DNA of 20,000 nucleotides from Chiloscyllium plagiosum. Taxonomy: Eukaryota. A model generated the notes under the pieces. It had not been told where the DNA came from. It made no database searches and saw nothing but the letters and a program-made list of their open reading frames with translations. This document shows positions 10,601 through 19,415 of the stretch, in pieces. How positions within the stretch are numbered: position 1 is the stretch's first letter; each line of letters begins with the position of its first letter. The position numbers and the translations under genes were made by a program. The DNA lies in contig NC_057718.1 of NCBI RefSeq assembly GCF_004010195.1, positions 92,468,560-92,488,559 of the forward strand, written 5' to 3'.

Positions 10601-12971
10601 TCATAGAGTCATAGAGATGTACAGCATGGAAACAGACCGTTCGGTCCAACCTGTCCAAGCTGACCAGATATCCCAACCCAATCTAGTCCTACCTGACAGC
10701 ACCCGGCCCATATCCCTCCAAACCCTTCCTATTCATATACCCATCCAAATGCCTCTTAAATGTTGCAATTGTACCAGCCTCCACCACATCCTCTAGCAGA
10801 TCATTCCATACACATACCACCCTCTGCATGAAAAGGTTGCCCCTTAGGTCTTTTTTATATCTTTTCCCTCTCACCCCAAATCTATGCCCTCTAGTTCTGG
10901 ACTCCCTGACCCAGGGAAAAGACTTTGTCTATTTATCCTAACCATGCCCCTCATAATTTTGTAAGCTCCTATAAGGTCACCCCTCAGCCTCCAAGGCTCC
11001 AAGGAAAACAGCTCCAGCCTGTTCAGCCTCTCCCTATAGCTCAAATCCTCCAACCCTGGCAACATCCTTGTAAACTTCACTATCCTATCTACCTGTGACT
11101 CCACTTTCAAGGAGCTATGAACCTGCACTCCAAGGTCTCTTTGTTCAGCAACACTCCCTAGGACCTTACCATTAAGTGTATAAGTCCTGCTAAGATTTGC
11201 TTTCCCAAAATGCAGCACCTTGCGTTTATCTGAATTAAACTCCATCTGCCACTTCTCAGCCTATTGGCCCATCTGGCCAGATCCTGTTGTAATCTGAGGT
11301 AACCCTCTTCGCTTTCCGCTACACCTCCGATTTTGGTGTCATCTGCAAACTTACTAACTGTACCTCTTATGCTCGCATCCAAATCATTTATGTAAATAAC
11401 AAAAAGTAGAGGACCCAGCACCGATCCTTGTGGCACTCCACTGGTCACAGGCCTCTAGCCTGAGAAAACAACCCTCCACCACCACCCTCAGTCTTCTACC
11501 TTTGAGCCAATTCTGTATCCAAATAGCTAGTCCTCCCTGTATTCCATTAGATCTAACCTTGCTAATCAGTCTCCGATGGGGAACCTTGTCGAATGCCTTA
11601 CTGAAGTCCATATAGATCACATCTACTGTTCTGCCCTCATCAATCTTCTTTGTTACTTCTTCAAAAAACTCAATCAAGTTTGTGAGACATGATTTCCCAC
11701 GCACAATGCCATGTTAACGATCCCTAATCAGTCCTTGCTTTTCCAAATACATGTACATCCTGTCCCTCAGGATTCCCTCCAACAACTTGCCCACCACTGA
11801 GCTCAGGCTCACCGGTCTATAGTTCCCTAGCTTGTCTTTACTGCCCTTCTTAAACAGTGGCGCCGCGTTTGCCAACCTCCAGTCTTCCGGCACCTGACCT
11901 GTGACTATCGATTATACAAATATCTCAGCAAGAGGCCCAACAATCACTTCTCTAGCTTCCCACGGAGTTCTCGGGTACACCTGATCAGGTCCTGGGGATT
12001 TATCCATGTTTAACTGTTTCAAGACATCCAGCACTTCCTCCTCTGTAAACTGGACATTTTGCAAGCTGTCACTATCTATTTCCCTACAGTCTACATCTTC
12101 CATATCCTTTTCCACAGTAAATACTGATGCAAAATACACATTTAGTATCTCCCCCATTTTCTGTGGCTCCACACAAAGGCCGCCTTGCTGATCTTTGAGG
12201 TGCCATATTCTCTCCCTAGTTACCTTTTTGTCCTTAATATATTTGTAAAAACCCTTTGGATNNNNNNNNNNNNNNNNNNNNNNNNNNNNNNNNNNNNNNN
12301 NNNNNNNNNNNNNNNNNNNNNNNNNNNNNNNNNNNNNNNNNNNNNNNNNNNNNNNNNNNNNNNNNNNNNNNNNNNNNNNNNNNNNNNNNNNNNNNNNNNN
12401 NNNNNNNNNNNNNNNNNNNNNNNNNNNNNNNNNNNNNNNNNNNNNNNNNNNNNNNNNNNNNNNNNNNNNNNNNNNNNNNNNNNNNNNNNNNNNNNNNNNN
12501 NNNNNNNNNNNNNNNNNNNNNNNNNNNNNNNNNNNNNNNNNNNNNNNNNNNNNNNNNNNNNNNNNNNNNTGCACCTTCTCTAGTAGGTACATCCACATAC
12601 TGAATCAGAAAATTGTCTTGTATACACTTAAGAAATTCCTCTCCATCTAAACCTTTAACACTATGGCAGTCCCAGTCAATATTTGGAAAGTTAAAATCCC
12701 CTACCATAACTACCCTATTATTCTTAAAGATAGCTGAGGTCTCATTACAAGTTTGTTTCTCAGTTTCCCTCTGACTATTGGGGGGGTTCTATAATACAAT
12801 CCCAATAAGGTGATCATCCCTTTCTTTTTTCTCAGTTCCACCCAAATAACTTCCCTGGATGTATTTCCGGGAATATCCTCCCTCAGCATAGCTGTATTGT
12901 TATCCCTTATCAAAAATGCCGCTCCCCCTCCTTTCTTGCCTCCCTTTCTATCCTTCCTGTAGCATTGTTCC
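10601..12971 (-). mobile_element. 5'-truncated HER1/CR1 LINE with disrupted ORF2 (APE endonuclease + reverse transcriptase)
   Basis: Endonuclease motifs YRKDR..GGG, GLYYRTP, VGDFNFPNIDW. RT motifs [49 protein letters not shown]-terminus QRVVCVWN. Tail tcatagagtcatagag. Frameshifts and an internal deletion near 11075. Possible TSD tgttgtc (10596-10602 / 12972-12978). Confidence 0.96.
12262..12569. other. Assembly gap (308 N) inside the CR1 copy
   Basis: Run of N flanked on both sides by colinear CR1 ORF2 sequence. Confidence 0.99.
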
Positions 12972-13057
12972 TGTTGTCTGTCAAAAAAAAATGCTTCAGA
13001 GTCCAAGGTTAATAAAATTACCAAAACATGTAACAAAGAAAGACATGTCCTTATTTG

Positions 13058-13357
13058 GTATCTTTGCAGCCTATGAAATAGTATTGAAGTATCATCACTA
13101 TTACAGTGGAGAAAACATGGCAGCCAATTTGTGTTTTGCAAATTCTGGCAAACATAATGCGATAATTACCACATGATCTATTCTTAATGATGTTGACTGA
13201 GGTATAAGTATTGGTCAATTCGACTGCCCTACTCTTATTCAATGTAGTGTTATGGTATCTTTTCCACGTACTTGAGAAAACACTACCGGATGGTTCCTCA
13301 AAGCCACAAAGAAACATAACCTCCTCTACTCCCTAGTATTGCTGTTAACTATCAGCA
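13058..13357 (-). mobile_element. Highly decayed Deu-domain SINE (SacSINE1-like)
   Basis: Ordered blocks tttgcagcctatgaa, gaagtatcatcactatt, aaacatggcagccaatttgtg, tgatgttgactgaggtataagtattggtca, ccctactcttattcaa..tagtgttatggtatcttt, actccctagtattgc match my recollection of the reverse complement of shark DeuSINE. Confidence 0.6.
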
Positions 13358-14673
13358 CTTTAGAACATCTCTCCTACCATTCTCCTGTTCATCCTTTTTG
13401 TTCAAACTAAAAGCTAGAACTGAACATTTAGCTGAACAAAGATAATAATTCAGCTTACAGATTTGCAATTCCTACACAAATATGGTCAGTTATGCACTTT
13501 GAACCAATAAATACCAGAGGCATTCCTAGAATAATACTGTGGAATAAAAATACAACTCTGGTTATTTAAGTGTGGTAAATCAAGGGCAAGGATAGTGCAT
13601 TGGACATTATCTAACATAATACAGTGTTTACGTATGTTGACCAAGAGCTCTGCTGTGAGAAATCCACTTGTATTTTGTATGTTGTTATATGATTTGGAGT
13701 ACAGACTGGTATTTCTGTTTAGTCCTATACAGTATTCCTCCACTGAGCCAGTTGTAGACCATGGAGTCAGGATAGACTCCTTATTATTCAAGTATGTTCA
13801 AGTTGGAAGAGACTTCATCTTCTGTGGATCCTCTTGTGACTGAAAACTGTGATGTGAGATTGGCCTGGATGTCCACAGAACTAGAACCTGATAAATCACA
13901 AGATTTATGCCATTGTTTGTACTTGTGGCACGGGTGGGCTGATGAAACCCAAAATCTTGTTCATAAAATGCATGAAGTTCAAATATTGCTTTGCAGTATT
14001 TTAATCAAACCGATGTTATTAATATAAGTTTTCTTTTTGTTTGACTGCTTTGACATCAAGTTCATAAGTGTACCTCTGCAGTTCTGTAATAAATCTAACC
14101 AGTAAGTCAGTCCGAAACTGGTGTAAGGGTGAGAACAAAATTAAGCAGAACAGCACAAATGTGAACCCACTTGTGTGTTCCATGCAACTTGGTTTATTTC
14201 ACTAAGTCAGCTGTCCTTGATGTGGATTCTATCTGTCCTTTAAGCTCTTTACTTATCAGGACTTTATCTGAATGTTGACATTTCCCTAACCTTTCTTAAA
14301 ATGTTTATTCTAAGTACTGAAAATTTAGCATACAGAATAGTAAGGTATAGATTTGTGAATATAAGTCAAATTAAGTTACGTTATTTGAAGCAATTACTAA
14401 AGAAGTGCCACATCTCTGCCTCACTTGGAATACAGATATCCACTTTAGTGCTGTAGATTACACTGTAATGCTACTGCCAGCCCACTTTGCATCCAAAGGC
14501 AGGCACTATCTTGTTCACCAAAGAGGGTGCACATCTGTGGTCTTTGCTTGCTTTCTTAGCACGTGCTCACATCACACTCAGTTGGATTTTAACACCATCG
14601 CTGGTTTGCCTTGTCATACCTTTTGTGCTTTAGTATCTCGTTCTGAATTCAAGGTCTTACAGTAGTTCTACCC

Positions 14674-14998
14674 CAGAGGTGGGGAACTTTTTCATGTTGG
14701 AAGGCCGCATAATGTTAGTTGTAATCTAATAAAGCCGCATCCAAGAAACTTCAATGATATATTCTTCAAAATTCACATTATTTTAATTGTGGCGGTCAGT
14801 CTGTGAGGATTATTTCGTTGAGTTTTCTTTTACTCTCTGGTATTTTAAATACATTCATTTTAAGATTAAAATAAAAATAATAAAGAAAAAAAACATATTA
14901 ATAAAAAATAAAAGATTTGTTCTGCAAAATTTGGATTCATTCAAAAGGCCACATACAATGGCCTAGAAGGCCATAAGGCTGCAGGTTCCCCACCCCTG
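14674..14998. mobile_element. hAT (Charlie-type) non-autonomous DNA transposon / MITE, 325 bp
   Basis: TIRs CAGAGGTGGGGAAC / GTTCCCCACCCCTG (13/14). Perfect 8-bp TSD ttctaccc (14666-14673, 14999-15006). Subterminal aggcc(g/a)ca repeats and AT-rich interior. Confidence 0.93.
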
Positions 14999-16260
14999 TT
15001 CTACCCTGTCTTGCCATTTATGCCAGGCAGATTATCATAGTTGTCAGCGGTAATTAGTCGAAAGGGTGAACATGTTGCTGTGCAGCACTGTGCTGCAATA
15101 ATGCCATGCCTATAAGTGGCTCATGTGGCCATCACTGTGCATGTACTCCAGCTAAATGGCCATGTCTGAAAACATGAGAGGCGTAATCCGTGGTCAAGTC
15201 AAGGAGACTCTTATCCATCAGTGGGTATCATCACAGTCAGTCAAGCAAAGCATCCAATCTCAATCCAGGGCTTAGACACGGTCCATCAGCTGCTAGGAAT
15301 TGTCAGGGTCAGGGGTTCAATATCATTCAATACTGGGAGTGGGTCACAGCTGGTCCTGCAGGTCTAATGCAACCAGTCTGGGGATCAGTAGCTGAGTTGG
15401 AGAGCTACACAGAGATCAGTTAGGGATCTGGTCAGTGATCAGTCAAAGCTGACCTTTGAAATCGATGAGGGTTTTGGGGCAAGGTCAGTTCTCGAAATCT
15501 GCTCTCTGAATTCAAGGTAGTTTATCAGAAGGCACCCCTGTGGTTGAGAAATTGTGAAAGCCACTTATGAGGTTGGAGGCAGCATGCTGGGATGCAGAGT
15601 GGAAGACAGTTGTGATGAGGGTATTGTTCATTGCATATTGACCATAGTCCTCCCTGCAGCAGAAGTAATCACAGACAACCTTAAAAGTTTCACCAGTGGG
15701 CCACAATTTACTAAACAATCCAAAATCTTTTCAGCTGCACAATAGCGGAGAGCTGACTTCTTCTCACCTTACATTGTAAGTACTTGCCATCATCCTCATT
15801 GGGTGATTTGGGTTGAGTGGGGGCGGGGGCAACATTTCAGCAATCTTACCACATTTAGAAACTCCTGCTAGCTCTTGCTGTGTGCATCAGAATAAAGTTC
15901 TCTATATCAAAACTCCACGTGCAGGCATTCCATGACGCTCCTTGTTAGAGTTCTCCATGTCCCCTGAAAGGAGGACAGTGCTAAACTATTATTTTTGTGT
16001 GAAACAAGTGCTTACTGCTATGTTAATAAGTACCTGTTCTGTTTCTGATAGTCCCCACACAAGTTCATTGGAAACGTGACCAACGGACCCAACCACAGCA
16101 GACATGACCATCATTGTGTCTATACTGCTCCGAGGTACAGAGGAATTGAGGAGAAACAAATGTGTTAGCATGCCCAGTGGCTGCTGATCAGTCTGCACAT
16201 GAGGAGCTGCAGCTGGAGATCCTCTCAAGTTGTTCTGTCTGCAATAAAGACAGTGAGATT

Positions 16261-16968
16261 CTTGTTGCCAGCTATTTCAACCTTGTTCCCTAGCCAACCT
16301 CTCTGATTCAGGCTTACCGCAGTGATCCAATTAAGCTTAGCACAAGTTGGAAGAACAGCACTTCATTTTCTGCTTGGAAACTCTATAGCCTTCTGGATTC
16401 ATTATTGAGTTCAACAGTTTTAGGGTTTGAGGCACCTTTTCTCATGTTCTTACCCCAAACCCCACACACGAGGCCTTGTTATCACATGGTCCGCTATTAC
16501 ACACTACCCATTGTTAGCCACTTAGAGTCCCCATTAGCAGCAATTCATTCTTCCATGTTGATCATATCTCCTCCTTTATCTGTCCAACTCTTCTGCTCTC
16601 TCTCTTTGAGTTCTATTTCCATCCATACTTTACCCTTTGCCCTCACCCTAATCTTCTGCTTAAAAAGCAACCTTTTCCTAGCTACCACCAGTTTTGAAGA
16701 AGGATCACTGGACCTGAAATATTAACAACGATTTCTCTTGTCAAAAAGTGTGGCGCTGGAAAAGCATCCAGGGAGCAGGAGGAATTCCTGATGAAGGGCT
16801 TATGCCTGAAATGTCGACTCTCCTACTCCTCAGATGTTGCCTGACCTGCTGGGCTTTTCCAGCGCCGCATGTTCTGACTCTGATCTCCAGCATCTGCAGT
16901 CCTCACTTTCTCCTAATGATTTCTCTTCACAGATGCTGCTAAAATTTTCCAGCAATTTCTGCTTTTGT
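16261..16968 (+). mobile_element. Penelope-like element 3' fragment (end of GIY-YIG ORF + pseudo-LTR), interrupted at 16740-16914
   Basis: Degenerate HKLEEQHFIFCLETL*PSGFIIEFNSFRV* (PLE C-terminal E..I..L.T..P.GLN motif). Pyrimidine-rich UTR. Decayed hammerhead ttgaaga-aggatcactggacct-gaaa at 16694-16719. Ends cacagatgctgc..ttttccagcaatttctg. Confidence 0.78.
16740..16914 (+). mobile_element. Non-coding fold-back PLE-derived insertion #1 with hammerhead core
   Basis: Inverted arms gtcaaaaagtgtggcgctggaaaagc / gcttttccagcgccgcatgttctgac. CTGATGA 16788-16794 and GAAA 16808-16811. Tail tgatctccagcatctgcagtcctcactttctcct. 13-bp TSD aacgatttctctt / aatgatttctctt. Confidence 0.85.
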
Positions 16969-17288
16969 TTATGGTTCTTTCATGTTTTTATTCCAATAGC
17001 TGAGAGTTGGGAGAAGTGAGCGTTCTATGAACTTAATTTGGTTGAATGGTTTTATTTATTAATTTTTCATATTTCCTGTTGGTCAATAAAAGTTAACATT
17101 TTTCACCACCAAGACTGGCTCTACAGCAGTACTACAGATCAAGCTATTCAGGTCCGAAAGGACACAACTGCTAGTCTGGGGCTGCGGCAGGTGATGAAGG
17201 AACCAATAAGAGGGGAAAACATTCTTACCTCATCCCTACCAATCTGCCAGTTGCAGATACATCTATCCATGACAGTATCGGTAAGAGT

Positions 17289-17478
17289 CAAGAGTGTGGT
17301 GCTGGAAAAGCACAGCAGGTCAGGCTGTATCGAGGAGCAGGAGAATCGATGTTTTGGGCATAAGCCCTTCATCAGGAATGGCATTCTGATGAAGGGCTTA
17401 TGCCTGAAACCTGCTGTGATTTTCCAGCACCACACACTTGACTCTGATCTCAACCATTTGCAGTCCTCACTTTCTCCT
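17289..17478 (+). mobile_element. Non-coding fold-back PLE-derived insertion #2 (same family as #1) with two damaged hammerhead cores
   Basis: Arms gagtcaagagtgtggtgctggaaaagcacagcagg / cctgctgtgattttccagcaccacacacttgactc. Centre gcataagcccttcatcaggaatg-g-cattctgatgaagggcttatgc. Same tail as #1. TSD gtatcggtaagagt / atttcagtaagagt (11/14). Confidence 0.88.
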
Positions 17479-17662
17479 ATTTCAGTAAGAGTGACCACTG
17501 CACAGACTTTGTGGAGATGCAGTCCCGCCTTCTTCATGTTATGTGGCACTATCACTGTGCTAAATAGGACATGATTTGGAGATGCCGGTGTTGGACTGGA
17601 GTGTACAAAGTTAAAAATCACACAACACCAGGTTATAGTCCAACAGGTTTAATTGGAAACAT

Positions 17663-17696
17663 ACTAGCTTTCGGAGCGAAGCTCCTTCATCAGGTG
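17663..17696 (-). ncRNA. Minimal type I hammerhead ribozyme (minus strand)
   Basis: Reverse complement reads cac-CUGAUGA-a-GGAGC-uuc-GCUCC-GAAA-gc-UA-gu. Catalytic core intact. Confidence 0.75.
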
Positions 17697-17703
17697 ACAC
17701 AAT

Positions 17704-17738
17704 CACCTGATGAAGGAGCGTCGCTCCGAAAGCTAGTG
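17704..17738 (+). ncRNA. Minimal type I hammerhead ribozyme (plus strand)
   Basis: CAC-CUGAUGA-a-GGAGC-guc-GCUCC-GAAA-gc-UA|GUG. Stem I CAC/GUG, 5-bp stem II, vestigial palindromic stem III (AGCU). Predicted cleavage after A17735. Confidence 0.8.
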
Positions 17739-19415
17739 TGTTTCCAATTAAACCTGTTGGACTATAACCTGGTGTTGTGTGATTTTTAACTGAATAGGAC
17801 AGACTTTGAACAGATCGAACAACTCAAGACTGGGCATCCACGAGGCGCTGTGGGCCATTAACAGCAGCAGAATTGTATTCCAACACAGTCTGTAATCTCA
17901 TAGCCCAGCATATCTCCCAGTCAACCATTATCATCAAGCCAGGGGATTAACCTGGTTCAATGGAGAGTGCAGGAGGGCATGCCAGGAGCAACAAGAGGCA
18001 TACCCGAAGATGAGGTGTCAACCTGATGAAGCCACCAAACAGAACTACTTGCATGCCAAACAGCATTAGCAGCAAAGAATAGACAAAGCTTAGCAATCCC
18101 CACAACTAACGGATCAGATCTAAGCTCTGCGGTCCTGCCACATTCAGTTGTGAATGATGGTGGACAATTAAACAACTCACTGGTGGAGGAGGCTCCACAA
18201 ATATCCCCATTGTCAATGATGGAAGAGCCCAGCAAAACAGTGCAATAATTAAGGCTGAAGCTATCGCACCAATCTTCAGCCAGAATTCCCAAGTGAATGA
18301 TCCATCTCTGACTCCTCCAGTGGTCCCCAGCATTACAGATACTAGTCTTCAGCCAATTTGATTCAGTCCACATGATATCACGAAACAGGTGGAGGCACTG
18401 AATACTGTAAAGGCTATAGGTCCTGACCACATTCTGGCAATAGTACTGAAGACTTGTGCTCCAGAACCTGCTGCTCTCTTAGCCAAGCTGTTCCAGTACA
18501 GATACAACACTGGTATCAACCCGATAATATGGAAAATTGTCCAAGTATGTCCTGTACATAAAAAGCAGGACAAATCCAACCTGGCCAATTACCGCCCCAT
18601 CATTCTACTCTCGACCATCAGTATAGTGATGGAAAGTGTCATCAATAGTGCTATCAGGCAGCACCTGCTCAGTGATGCACAGTTTGGGTTCTGCCAGGGC
18701 CACTCAGCGTCGGACCTCATTACAGCCATTGTCCTAACATAGACAAAAGAACTGAATTCCAGAGGTGAGGTGAGAGTGACAGCCCTTGACATCAATGCTG
18801 CATTCGACCAAATGTGGCTTCACTTGGGTATCGGGGCCAAACTCTCCAGTGGTTGGAGTCAAAGTTGACACATAGAAAAATAGTGAGGAAGTCAGTCATC
18901 TCAGTTCCAGGACACCTCTGCAAGAGTTCCTTCGGGTAGTGTCCTTAGCCCAACCATCTTCAGCTGCTTCATCAAAGACCTTCCCTCCACCATAAGATCA
19001 GAGTGGGGATGTTCGTCAATGATTGCACAATGTTCAACATCATTCACGACTCCTCTGATACTGAAGCAGTCCATGATCAAATGCAACAAAATCTGGATAA
19101 TATCCAGGCTTGAGCTGACAAGTGGCAAGTAACATTTGCACCACAATTGCCAGGCTGTGACCATCACCAATAAAAGACAATCTCACCACTGCCCCTTGGC
19201 ATTCAACAGTGTTGCCATTACTGAATCCACCACTATCAACATACTGGGGGTTATCATTGACCAGAATCTCAGCTGGACTCACCACATAAACACAGTGGCT
19301 ACAAGAGCAAGTCAGAAGCTAGGAATACTGCGCCTCAAAGCCTGTCCACCATCCAAATGGCACAAGTCAGGAGTGTGATGGAATACTCTTCACTTGCCTA
19401 GATAAGTGTAGCTGG

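Larger units (their letters stand above)
17572..17789 (-). mobile_element. Non-coding fold-back PLE-derived insertion #3 (second family): 89-bp arms, 5-nt loop, ~37-nt tail
   Basis: 17609-17697 vs 17703-17791 are reverse complements at 87/89, with loop cacaa. Unpaired tail 17572-17608. TSD ctaaataggaca / ctgaataggaca (17560-17571 / 17790-17801). Confidence 0.92.
17092..19413 (+). mobile_element. Decayed CR1-group LINE ORF2 (family distinct from HER1), interrupted by three fold-back insertions
   Basis: APE end LRQVMKEPIRGENIL..SIGK|SDH. RT region KAIGPD, CPVHKKQDKSNLANYRPIILLS, QFGFCQGHS, ALDINAAFD, VPSGSVLSPTIFSCFIKDL, FVNDC. INILGVIIDQNLSWTHHI. Many stops and frameshifts; likely continues beyond the window. 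Confidence 0.92.

Noticed and set aside
11912..12707. Long ORFs (115-228 aa) in the ORF track
   Set aside because: Artefacts of translating through the N gap; the real portions are CR1 ORF2.
14642..15518. Exact 14-bp direct repeat tctgaattcaaggt (14642-14655, 15505-15518) as a possible TSD
   Set aside because: No element termini or tail inside it, and one 14-mer match in 20 kb is plausible by chance.
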